From Folioceros fuciformis (Eukaryota): 55,969 bases of DNA. Below, piece after piece: positions 13,088 through 25,200 of this stretch. The notes below the pieces were generated by a model. The model did no database searches and had not been told where the DNA came from. It worked only from the letters and a program-made list of their open reading frames with translations. The position numbers were made by a program, and so were the translations under genes. The stretch spans positions 227,624-283,592 of the forward strand of contig JBNGIO010006320.1 in NCBI GenBank assembly GCA_049999805.1. Reading direction: 5' to 3'. Position 1 is the stretch's first letter. Each line of letters starts with the position of its first letter.

Positions 13088-13522
13088 CGCTTGCCTGCTC
13101 GTCTCCCTCCCTCGCAGCTCTTGCCGGCCTCTCCGTTCCCTCTGATATCACGCGCACTCTGCACCGCTCTACCTACACTTACAAGAAAGACCAAGACGTG
13201 GCAAACTTTTCGGAGTTTCAGCCGTGATATCTGATCAGCCAGTCCCCTGTAGTTGTCTCATCATCATCCCTCTATGTCCGTCCTATGTTCCGTCTTCCTT
13301 CGACGCTACAAATAATCTGCGGCGTGGAAGTAGCACCCCCCGACAAATCAATTTCCACTTTCTTGCAAACGTATTGTGTTCACACCACGCTATGCAAGAC
13401 TACTATTTCCAAATGCAGACACAGGAGGCCCTCGACCCGCCTTCACCGAGCCCTTCCACGTCAGTGGCTTCTGCACGCACATCCACCGGATTTACGAGGA
13501 AATGGACGACTCCGAAGCTCCT

Positions 13523-14101
13523 CTACTGCGGGGATGGCGGAATGAGATTCACCAGGACGCAGAACAGAGCCAGTACTACGAAGGCAGCATAGAGCAAAAT
13601 ATCGGCACTTCCAAACGCGTCCAGCACGCGATCCGCTCCCTCACCCATCTCGTACTTGCCACCCCTGACAGAGCCACCCCACTGCAACGCGCACGATCAG
13701 ATCCTTGCTATGGCAGGAAGAGATGCAGAATGCGCAGAGGCATGGCGGCACGCACTTCGGTGAGCCGAGGGCCCCCGGATTTGCTCCTCGGATCACCATT
13801 GGGAGGCCTCGGCTCGGGGGATGCATCCCCTTTGCTGTAGCTCAGCCAGGCTTCGTCCCAGTCCCTCTCCTTCTTGGAACGGCCGGTGTCCCCATCGCCC
13901 CCTGCGCCAGGACAAGAGAGATGAATCCGGCCAGCTCCTGGTAGACACTTTTCACTCCCGCTCGTCAAGCAACCAGACTTCCATACCAGGCTCGTCCGAG
14001 CTGCCGTCGGAGACGCATCGTGGCCGTAGGCCGGAGATGCGCAGTTGCGGCACCCTGCTTTTCAGAGCCAGGAATCCGTTCCTTCCTGCCAAGACAGACA
14101 T
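13523..14101 (-). CDS. Small putative plastid-targeted single-pass membrane protein; 3 exons, 139 aa
   Basis: GT-AG exons 14101-13987, 13901-13756 and 13681-13523 sum to 420 nt in frame. Transit-peptide-like start MSVLAGRNGFLALKSRVPQLRISGLRPRCVS, central RDWDEAW motif, C-terminal hydrophobic helix ILLYAAFVVLALFCVLVNLIPP. Confidence 0.7.
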
Positions 14102-15472
14102 CCATCACTTCCACTTCCACGGCCCTAGCCCGCCATCGCCATGCATGGCTACGAAGGCAGGTACATCCCATTCACCCCTTTCCGAGGTCAAGGCAGCTAG
14201 CTACCTGTTGCCAAGAAGGCAGGGTTGAGGGACTCCGACGCTGCCGAGATGCAGGGGACAAGACGCATCCCTGTCAAGGATGGATGCATTTGCACTTTGT
14301 AGTCACCGACGCCAGTGCCTTCCTGAACGTGGACTGGAGGAAAGCTGGAACGGAGTTGGGAAATAAAACCCTTCACAGCCCCCGGGTGACAGATGGACAG
14401 CCCTCGACCTGGTCTGACGACCAGCATCCGGTCTGCGTGGTTCGTGGAGGTCCTCGTCTTTCTCTCTCTTTGGGGGTTCAGCACGGATATGCTTGCGTCA
14501 ACAATCTCTTAGCTTATAGAAGTGGTTGGCGACAGAAAACGAAACGTGCGGATTTGGCCGTGCCCGGGAGCGCCTTCGGGCCTCTGGGCGGCATGGCCTC
14601 GACCGCAGCCGTGTGGTCTGGTCTCTGCCTGTCTTGCCGAGGCAGGTGCCAAGTTCTCTCATCTCTCTAAAAGTGATTATTACACGGAGAAGGGTCTGCT
14701 GTCCTCACCCGCACCCGCAGGCACCTTCCAGCATTTGCATTTGCAGGTGCAGGTGCAACCTCGTATTGGCTTCCAGAACGGTACACCTTGCATGAGCAGT
14801 TGTTGTGGGTCCAGGTGCAGAGCTTAATCCAGGCCTACCGAGATGGTGAAGACGGGCATTAGCCTCTAGAATAACTCCTTTTTCGGGATTGCGCAAGGGA
14901 AGTTCTCACCTTCCAAAGGATCTTGTTCCGGAAGGAGCCAACCGACGACCTCGTCTGCGTGGCCAGTAAACAACGTTATTAGAATAGTGGCAGCGGAAGC
15001 GGAGCTCGCCGGACATCGGAGGGCAACGTCTTCGTCCTCTTCGTCCTGATTCCGAGTGGTGCGCCTAGCATTTGAGCGTTGGGAAGTGGCCTTCCGCAAG
15101 TCTTGGTCTCCGCAGTATCCATTTCTGTTGGTCTGACAGGTGACGTATAGATCGCACTTTGCCCAAGGGAAATGTCCAGCTTGTCCTGGCCACTACGGAG
15201 TTCGTAGCGGGATAGTAATAGCATTGGGGGTTTTGGCGGTCGGGGGGAATAATTCCAAGTATTCTAAGGATGAGAGTGGGTTCGGGCCCGGTTTGCAGAA
15301 TTCTGGAGGAGGGCAGCGCGGGTTGGACGTGTGGCCAAGCACACGGGCCTGCTTGTGCCAGATGCTGCTGTTTGTGAAAGAGCACTGGTGGAATCCGGCA
15401 CCTAAGACGCAGGGGACAGAGGCAGGGGAAGGACACCGGGTGCTTCTGCTCATCCAAAATGAGAGGCCCAGG

Positions 15473-17516
15473 ATGAGGACGCTGGGACGCTGGGCAGCAG
15501 TCGTCACAGTTCTGCCCATGCTGATCGTGCTTGTGTCGTGCAGAGCTTTGTCTGTGGAGAGGAGATGCTTGGATGCGCAGGAGGACTCTTCTCCGTGCCC
15601 CTTGAATTTCACGGCCGGATGGGCAGTGTTTCCTTGGATTGGAGACCAAATCAAGAGCAGCTCTTTGGACAAGCAGTGCTCAGGGGTGATCGCCGGTTTG
15701 AACCTTGTTGTGTCTGTGCATGTGCGTGCCACCGGTGCATTCTTTGTGCCTCAACATGCAGTAGCTGGTTGCCTCGATGACTTGGAGGTGAGTGGGCCTG
15801 TTTCTCCACACCACGGTACGATCGCAAATGGTTGGTGGGACTGGAATGGGGTGATTGTGAAGGTCAGACCTTTGGTGTGTGTTGCAGTCGGCGTTGCAGG
15901 CATACGGAGCGCCTTCCACCTTGCTGCAGCAGTGTAACATCTCTCTGAACGAGTTGTCCGACTCCTCCAACGTCTGCCAGGGCAACCTGACAAGCAGCGG
16001 CATACGACGCCGGATTCCTGCTGATGAGGGGGCAACCATCAACGCCACTTGCGGGGTTTCTCTTACTGAAATTGCATCGTGCAGCCTCTGCACCGCCAGC
16101 CTGGTGAACTTGTCGCAGAGGCTGTATGGAAATGGCTCCAGTGCGCAATGCTTTGATGCCGCCAACATATGGGCAGCCGCGGTGGTAAACAGCCGAGGGC
16201 CCCTCGATCCTGACACTGCCAGATGCTTGTTCTCCATCGGTCAGTGGACTTCCAGCAAAGGACAAGTCCGCCGGAAGGTGATCATCGGAGCGGCGGCAGG
16301 GGGAACCCTGCTAATTGCGATCGTTGTAGGAGGCGGGATCTGGTTGAGGGGCAGGAAGCGGAGGCTGGCCAAGGCGAAAGCACAGAGCCAGCTTCTACAC
16401 AGTTTTGCCGAGGCCTCCTTGCAGTCTGGCAGCAGCGTGGTGTGGTATGACATGTCCGTCATCAAAGCTGCTACCAGGAACTTCCACAGGGACACCATCA
16501 TCGGAAGTGGCGGCTACGGCAATGTGTTCAAAGGCCAGCTGCCTGACGGCTCCGTTGTGGCACTGAAGAGATTCAAAAACTGCTCGCCGGCTGGGGACAA
16601 GGATTTCGCGCACGAAGTGGAGGTTGTCGCCAGTGTGCGGCACCGGAACCTGGTAGGACTGAGAGGCTGCTCCATCTTGAGCGGCCCTTTGGAGGGGCAC
16701 CAGAGAATCATCGTCTTGGACTTCGTCCCCAACGGCAGCCTCCACGACCACCTGTTCGGGAAGAAGTACCCACCCTTGGACTGGCCGACGAGGAAGAAGG
16801 TAGCCATCGGCACCGCCAGAGGAGTGAGCTACCTCCACAACGATGTGAAGCCGGCTATCCTCCACAGGGACATCAAGTGCAGCAACATCCTGCTGGATGA
16901 GAACATGAATGCTAGGGTTGCGGACTTCGGTCTGGCCAAGTTCACACCCGAGGGCATGACTCATGTCACTACCAGAGCAGGAGGCACTCCTGGCTACATC
17001 GCTCCCGAGTACGCTCTGCTCGGACAGCTGACGGAGAAGAGTGATGTGTACAGCTTCGGCATCGTCCTGCTGGAGCTTCTCACCGGAGTGAAGGCACTCA
17101 ACGCAGCCATGAAGCAGGGAGACTCTCCTGTACTCATCAGCGACTGGGCTTGGTACCACGCCAAGAATGGCAGGTTAGAGAAAATACTGGACCCAAGAAT
17201 GAAGAAGCAGGAGCCTCCCGAGGTGATGGCCAGATTTCTGTTCATCGCACTGCTCTGTACTCACTACCAGGTGAACGCCAGACCTTCTATGGAGGAAGCT
17301 CTCAGGTGGATGGAGAACGAACATATCGTCCTCCCCCCAATTCCTGAGCGTGACATCCCGATCACCTCGACTATTGATGAGATAGAGAGGTCCGTTGGCG
17401 GATCAGGAAACCTCTCAAGCAAAAGCGGCTTCCAGTCCTACAGTAGTTCCGAGACAGACTGGGAGACACACTCCAAGTCCACGTTTCCGACGACACTAGA
17501 CAGGGCGTCCGGGTAG
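15473..17516 (+). CDS. RKF3-like receptor kinase with Cys-rich SPARK-type ectodomain; 2 exons, 647 aa
   Basis: Exons 15473-15787 and 15888-17516. Signal peptide, CPLNF...C...CL...CSLC...CF...GPLDPDTARCLF ectodomain, TM (IIGAAAGGTLLIAIVVGGGIWL), and kinase motifs GSGGYGNV, VALKRFKNCS, LEGHQRIIV, HRDIK, DFG, GYIAPEY. KRFKNCS and LEGHQRIIV are typical of RKF3. Confidence 0.92.
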
Positions 17517-17716
17517 TACCCGGCAGGTAGTGTTCTTGATATTATTATTACTTTTATTCTTCTTCTGAAAGCAAACATTCCTACCCTCCAACAATGTTTC
17601 TCAGTTGCAAGTGCACTCGTGTATCCATCCGCCCTGCTGGAACTTGTGTTTAGTTCTAGTGATCGTCTAAGAGTTCGGCATGCTTCAAACTGGACCGCCC
17701 CAAAACCTGGACCCCC

Positions 17717-19377
17717 TCAATGGCCCAACTGCTGAATTATTCCAGGAAGAGACTGAGCTCCGACAAAGAGAGCATCCGCAAACAGGACCACCGCGACCTG
17801 GGCACGCCCAAACGTGGGACAATGTGATGAGGTCAGAAGGTTGGAAGACACAAAGGACTCCAAGCAAGTCCATGCCCAAATCATACCAGTCGCCCAAAAA
17901 ACATCGCTCTGTATCCCCATCCTTCCTTGGCAGCCTGAGCACGCTGTTGATCCGTCCACCTGCGAGGACCCAGCGTCATCACTACTTGTTGAGCCATCGC
18001 AGTGAAATGACTGGCAAATAAACTTGTGCTTCGTGACAGAGGACGTACCCCAGGAACTCTGAGATACCACCGATTCCGGCAAACTTGAATGGCTGCGAAC
18101 CTTCCCTCTCCAAATCCTGCGTGCGAAGAGGACTGCTTCATGAGGCAATGCGGTGTACCAGCCGAGTCACGCAGGATAGCCAAGCCACGGACGTACCCCT
18201 TCCTCTGCAGCCTCAAGGCCCCCGCTGATCCAAAACAGATTCCTGTATCCCACTTTGTACATTTGTTCACATGCTGCGAGAGACCTGTGAAATGAAGACC
18301 TGTGAGGTGGAAGAGCATGCCTCCAAAACGACTCAAACTGCACAGTGAGAATAGGCAAGGCGGCACTCGACCAGGGAGAAGGAGAATACCTCAAGCCTCG
18401 TTGGCAGGTCACAACCACATTCGCACTCTTCGGGATTTTAGCTACCACGTCAGGCATGAAACGTCTGCGCCAAGCAACAAAACAGCACTGTTACAGCGGA
18501 CTGTAAGGCGAGATGAGAAACTTGTACGAGCCAGGATGTAGAGGCTGACTCGTTATATTTGGTCACAGGGTCACCGCTCCACCATCCCCCTGTGACAGCA
18601 ACAGGCAGATGAGGTGAGGTTGATCTTGTTTGTCCTCTGGGTCTGAAGAAGAGAAGGAGAATTATATGAGAGGGATGTGAGATGGGACGTACCCATGGTG
18701 AAGCTCGTCAGCTTCTTCAGCAAGGAGCCAGGGTCTATGGATTTGTCAACATCGTACATGGGAATCCACACCGAGTTCTTAACTGCTGCCTGACCATCAC
18801 AAAACGTCCTGTCAGCACAGGAAGACGAGACCCGGCCAGAGCAACGCGGAAGCCTGACTCTGATCCCGCCCACCTTATCCCGCTCGTACGATGGCCGAAC
18901 GTCTAGCAAGGTGTAGTCCGTCAGCTGCAGTGCATAGCCGGCTTCTTTGGGCGACATGGACTTCACCCTCCCCTCTTGCACCTGCACCGCACCCCCCACA
19001 CGGACATTGAGACTTGGCTCCTGCTGCTGGCAGCAGCATGGCACGCCTCCTGCCCGCAACCAATGCACCGCCCTTCCGTCCCATTGCCCTTGGTAGCAAA
19101 CCGGGGAATGCAGAATCACCTGCCTCGCCCACCGCTTCTCGGCTGCCATCATCTCCTTCATCTGCTCCGCCAAGTCCGCGCGCACCGCAAGCTGGCGGGA
19201 AGGAACGAGCTGCCGCCTCGCCCCATGGCGGCCGCCGGGAGACAGCTGCAGCTGCAGCTGCAGAGGCAGGGGCAGAGGCGCCCAGAGCGCACAAGCGCCG
19301 GACTGGACAGCCCCCGTCCTGCTCCCCACCACCAAGTGCACCGACAGCCCGGGGCCGGCAACGCCCAGGCCCGCCAT
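17717..19377 (-). CDS. STR11: Chloroplast rhodanese-like domain protein (STR11-like), multi-exon
   Basis: Spliced peptides: EMMAAEKRW, KEAGYALQL..LLDVRPSYER, GGWWSG, active-site loop CQRGLR-SLAACE, NLFWISGGLE, FAGIGGISEFLGWTDQQRAQAAKEGWGYR, ADALFVGAQ...LGH*. N-terminal transit peptide present. Confidence 0.92.
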
Positions 19378-20435
19378 CGCTCCCGCGCACCGACACAGCC
19401 CAATTCAGGAGCCCCGCGCGACCCGACCCACCAGCCTCAACCTCACCCTTCGCCTCCACCAAGCCCTCACACACATTCCAGCTGCGGAAATGGCGGCGGG
19501 CTCAGCGTGGGTCTCGCCCAAATCCACGGCAAACGCCCAACCCCACGACATTCCACCCACCCCCGCTGCGCACATACCTGCAGAGGAGATGGTGTCGACA
19601 TCGATATCCCTGTCCTGCTGCTCGCAACCGTCCGGGCCTGGCTGCCTTCCGGGCAAACAACTCCCAGCAGCATCCTGCCTCACCTCTCCGAAGGCTCGGT
19701 CCGGATTTTGTTTCAGAGCGCGAAGTATATCCTCCGCGCGGATGTCTGGAGTGGGTACTCTTATCTGACAGCGTTAATCAGACGCTTAGCGGAAGTGGGG
19801 CCTTCCTGGCCGTAATTCCTTCCATGGCAGGAGGGAACTTGAAGCGAACGAGCACCAAAAAAAAATTCTGACCATCCTATCCTGCGCTGTGCCCGGGAGG
19901 CGCCGCTAACCACCTCCGACAGCCATCCCGTTCGTGCTGTCTTTCTGATTCTTGAGAATTGGGGTGCCCAATAGGCGGGACGTGGATTCCTGCCACCTCC
20001 TCGCCAGACGGGCAGAGGCCTGGCCCGTTTAGCATCATTTCAGGTAAGGATTAGGATGACCTCAACCATGCACCCTGTCGTGGAAACTGGTTTCTCAAGC
20101 AAGGCGGAAAACGCAGAAATGCCACACAGGCGCCATCCGGACAGCAGTGGCAGCACTCTCAAAATCGCAGCAACCCAGTAAGTTGTTTGCATTTCAAAGT
20201 TGCATATAGAAAAGTGCGGTAATCTAACAAAGCTCCTCTTCCGGTAGAGCCATGGGAACGAGAGGGTAGGGGTAGGAATCTTCAGATTTGGCGTTCTCTT
20301 CTTAAGGCATGTTTCCTCACTATTGGGCAAGATGGGTCCTTCACTCTCTTTTGGCCGTATAGTCTTCTTTTTATTTTATTTTCTTTCCGTATCGTCCCAC
20401 ATTGATGCACCCAACTCCCCCAACTTTTTTTTTTC

Positions 20436-21116
20436 AGGCTATGCCTTAGTTTTCATCTCTTAGGGATTTGAAGGCTATGCCTCAGTTTTCATCTCTTAGG
20501 GATTTGAAGGCTCCAAGCTTCTATTCTTGAAAAACAATACAAGCAGGTGCAGCTCAGTCTTCGTAAGAATCCTTCTATCCCCAACCTAGTTGGATGCAGT
20601 GCTATTTGTACTTAAAAAAGTGCATAGGTTTTTAGCCTTGATTCGACCTTGCATCCAAGCTTTCCAAATAGCAAAAGCCACATTTTCTACTAAGATGAGT
20701 TGTGAAAGCTGTGACCTACTAAGATGAGTTGTGAAAGCTGTGACAGTTGCGGCCCTATAGTTCTAAGGCTGCAAGACTAAAGGCTACAAGGCTTAAGCCC
20801 CTTTGGCCACACTGACTAAAGGCTACAAGGCTTAAGCCCCTTTGGCCACACTCTCACTCAGTTGGGCCTCTGCCCAAGGTCTATCCTTACAACCACATTG
20901 CATGGAGGAGCCCAAGGTCTATCCTTACAACCACATTGCATGGAGGATACAAGGCCTGAGCTCCTTTGACATAGTCTCACTCAGCTAGGTCTCTACCTAA
21001 GTTCTGGACAGACAAAGTCATTGGCCTCATGCCCTGTCACATGGCGGAGGCCTCCATTGAATCTCACGAGAAAGCACAAGTAGAGGCCTCCATTAAATCT
21101 CACAAGAAAGCACAAG
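20436..21116. repeat. Series of five separate short tandem duplications (29-39 bp)
   Basis: Paired units start at 20436/20472 (36 bp), 20687/20716 (29), 20775/20814 (39), 20872/20910 (38) and 21047/21083 (36). Confidence 0.9.
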
Positions 21117-22289
21117 CTTCATTGCCGCGTGATATGCTAAATCAGTTTTACTAGAATAGTTATACAAGAAAAGGTTTGGTTGTTCAAGATTGCACTTACC
21201 AGAAATTTGTTTACATTCATGGCATGTACAAAGGATCAATTATCCCTCACACATGCTTCACAATTAAATCTCAATTTGAGGCTTGCCTTCATGAGAAAAA
21301 AAGACTCTCATGTTATAGAGTGTGTCCATATAATAACCAAGTATCCAACTACTTGTATTACTACATGACAACTGACAACACATTACAACTTCAGAGCCTT
21401 GGAATTTTTCTACCACATAGTTAAGCATAGTTGAATTGATCCACTACCATTGTAGATTCAACCATTACAAATGATTCAGATGGATAGATTGATGAATTGC
21501 TCTTCAGCATTTTGTGTTCATAATAATCACCCATTAAGCTTTGTAAGGATATGCACAAAGCAACCAAGACATGTTGTCTTCATATGAATCTTCCACAAGG
21601 CAAGGAGGATTTGTTTACCATAAAGCATGTGACATTATAGCAGTGCATTACTTTTAGTGTAGGAGGATACTCGTTTGGCTCCTTTGCATGTCCCTTTCTT
21701 ATCTTTGTTGAGATCTTATCTTTGTCTCAACCAAGGGCCCTTATGTCTATTTGATTCTGAAGAAATATGTTTTACTTTACTGTTATATCTACTGCACTGG
21801 CTCGCGCTATGAGATGAGAGATTCATGTTGGACAAACACACATCACAGCGCCAAGGTGGGAGCGGCATAAGGACTTGGACTCGAAAGTCGAGAAGAGGAC
21901 TATCTGAAGTGTGCAAAAGGGCAAAAGTACTCCCAACCACGGCTGTCTTGTACTGCAAGGTGGCCCGGTGCGAACGGGAGAGAGAGAGAGAGAGTGTGTG
22001 TGTGAGTGTTTTCGAAGTGCATGGACCGTTCTATGGGCTGAACTGTGGGTGGGCCATATGGAAGTTTGGGCGCGCATTTGAGCAAAGGAAGAGGACGCAG
22101 CAGCAGCCAGGGATTGGAGGTCCGTGTTCCTCCCCAACTGGGTGAATGCTGGCTAGGTCATGGAGTGTGGGGATTTGCTTAGCTGGCGGACTGGCTGCAG
22201 CTGCGGCTCTGGCAATGGCCCGGCTGCTGCAGAATTCGCGTATTCTTGGAGAGGCGGGGAGATGGAAATAGTGTGGAGGTGATCAGCTG

Positions 22290-25200
22290 ATGAAAGGAAC
22301 AGAAGGAGGGAGCAGGGCTGAGCGTGTTGGATGCGTTGATTCGATGAGAAAAGATCTTGCCCTTCACGTGTGTGGGAAACGAGGGGCTCGGCATCAGGGC
22401 GGATGTGTTGGATGTCTGATGGTGCTGTCGGACTGCGCCAGCCCTGGGCCGAGCAGGGACGAGGGCTGCGAGGTGGGGTCCGTGAGGTACTGCCGGGACG
22501 TGCTGGGTTTGAACAATGACGGCTTCGACCCACGGGCTAAGCAAATCGAGCGGCTGGTGCCGCGGGAGGAGGTGCTGCGGGTGTTTGGGGGCCGGCCTGG
22601 GGCCAAGAAGGGCCTCCGGGCTGAGAATTGCGTAGACAGCCATGGCAGTCCCGACCATGAGCTCATGGAGTTTGTCCGGGATATGCAGAATAAGGTGTAC
22701 AGGTCGTGCAAGTCCAAGGACATCAGCTTCGCCTTCGCGCGCGGCATTCTTGCCGACAGAAAGGGGGCTCGGATCGACTGGGCCACATTCGCGCACAAGA
22801 CGCAGGCTAAGCAGCGGAAGATGGCGGCCAGCTGGGCGGAGCGGCATCCCGGGGAGGTGGTGTCCGGCCGGGACGTGAGTGGGCGGGACGCTGGGAGGGA
22901 AGTCACCAGCGGCCGCTGCCGGGAGGAGGAGGTGAACAGCTGCGATAAGGGGCTGCGAGCTCCCGCGGCGCCCACTGTGGAGGAAGAGATGGGGTGGCAA
23001 CAACACAGTGGGCATGGCGGAGGAGGATTGGAGGGAGCGGACAAGGCGCACGTCGGGGATGACGATATTTGGGACAATAACAGGATCGAGGACATCGAGG
23101 AGCAGCTGCGAAGAGTGGATATGCAGAGGCGACACTGGCACGAGGAGTATGTGAAGGTGCTGCAGGCGTCGCTGCAGGGACTGAAGGATGGGAGGCGGGT
23201 GGCAGAGATGGCGATCCAGGACATCACCATGAAGCTCAAGGACGGGCGGGGGAAGCTGGTGGAGACTCAGCGGAGGATTGAGTCTGTGAAGGAGAGCTTG
23301 GAGCAGAACATTGCGGACCGGACTGTGCACGAAAGGAGGTTGCAGACTCTGGTGACGGATAAGAGGAGGCTCGGGACGAAGGGGGGTGCTGTGAAGACGC
23401 GGGATTTGAGTGAGGTGACAACGGAGAAGGATCTGGTGCAGGATCTTCTGCAGGGGTGCTACGAGCAGAGTGGGATTCTGGAGCAGCTCATGTCTCGCCA
23501 TGTGCAGATGGAGATCGTGTTGACGCACAGGGTGGAGGAGCTGGACAGGCAGCTGGCCGAGGTGATGGTGGACTTTCAGGAGAAGGATGCCCGGGTAGAG
23601 AAGGCGTCCAAAAAGCTGCAGGAGGCTGGGCAGATGATGTTGCACTTGCAGACGGTCTACAACCTGGTTAAACAGTCGGAGAATCTGGTTGTGGTGCCCA
23701 GGTGTATTCCTCAGCCGAGGGAGTATCCGCGGGAGCTCAACCCGCCGGAGACTGTGACTATCAGACCTTGCCCCATGTGTTCGAGGTGGTTTTATTGTGG
23801 GGATTGGGTTGGTGCGTCCTGCGGTTGTGTGTACCATCTGCACTGTGCTGCTCTGTGGTTCAAGCAGTCCAATAAGTGCTGTAAGATTGGGTGTGGCAAG
23901 AACATGCACCCTGACTGGCTAACCGCCTGGGGCAAGCAGTGGGATGATGAGGCGTTGCTGACGAATTTGGCGAAGAATTTGGATGAATGGCGGAATAGGT
24001 GGAAGGATGATTACAGATGTCAGGGAACGAAGAGATGCCGAACGGACAACTTTTCCTCTTATGACATCCACCTTGAGCACGGTGGAAGCTTTGAGGGTGG
24101 TCGATCAGGGCTTGACACCACTGAAGAGCTCATTCACGTGCTCGATTCGAAGAGGATGCGTTTGAGCGAAGATTCGTCGCTAGCCTGCAATCAATGTGAG
24201 CTGAAGCCTTTGCCTTACGTACTCATTTCTGTGGACGCCTGGTGTCAAGTCCGAGACCCTGGTTTGGGATCTCTTTTCTTTGTGGGACGCTCTTTATTCT
24301 TGAAGTAGTGGTCATGGCTTGGTCAGTTTTGCAACTCTTGCGAGCTTTTGGAACATCGTGTGTGTGTGTTTTTCAATCTTGTCGTCCTCTGGTCCCCTTT
24401 TTTGGTTTGCCAAACATAAAATGGAGCTGAGAAGCTGAAAAGTTTGTAGTCCTTGTGTTCCCTTTCACAGGTATGCAAGACTTTATAGTGCATGACGTTC
24501 CTAAGTTGGTCGGGAGCCAGCAGACAATGGACCATGATGTGCATGATAATGGACTAAAGCTTGGTGAATCGACTCACCATGTGTTAGATACAACAGAAGA
24601 AGTAGCCAACAGTCTTCAGTTAGATGGATCCACTCAGCTTGTATTAGGAAATCTAGGAGATGCTAGGGATGGTGGCAGACAACGTGCAGAGCTGGATTTT
24701 TCGTGTGAGGGACGTGGACTTCAGGACGACAAGGATGAAGGTGGGGAAACTGCAGACTATGTGGCAGCCATGGAGTGTGGCTGTGGCGACAACAGTGACT
24801 TGGGGGTAGCAGTGGATCACGGAGAGATGGATGTTCTTCGTGAAGAAGCAGTGATACAGAACGATACAGCAGATTTAGGGTCGGGAAGAACCAGGGACGC
24901 TGGCGCACCGGTTGGAGTAGCAGATATTCTGATATCAGAGGGCAACTGTCAGGAGGTTCCAGAAACTGAAGGTGTTGTCAAGGCGCTGGACATAGCTCAA
25001 CACACTTCAGCAATAATTGGAGAGGCAGTCCTACAGAAGCATATAGGGCAGACGGCGGCCTCTCAACAAATTTTGGGTCAAGGGGTCGAAGTTGCAGCTG
25101 CTGGTGGGCCTCCAGCAGGAGTACAGTGGGAAGAATGCAATAGAGGTGATTCGAATGTAGCATTTTCAAAGGGCGTAAAGACGGGTTCTGAGCCAGCAAG

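Noticed and set aside
14200-15400. GC-rich ORFs up to 216 aa between the small plastid gene and the RLK
   Set aside because: No motifs or coherent exon chain; probably a divergent promoter/UTR region.
18875-19871. Overlapping 199-285 aa ORFs around STR11 exon 1
   Set aside because: Alternative-frame artefacts of a very GC-rich first exon and promoter.
20436-21116. CRISPR-like appearance of 29-39 bp repeats
   Set aside because: Each unit is a different sequence duplicated head-to-tail with no spacers. The context is eukaryotic with no cas genes.
22179-23909. 576-aa minus-strand ORF
   Set aside because: Antisense shadow of the RING/coiled-coil gene. It is Leu/His/Pro-rich with no motifs, as expected from sense-strand codon bias.
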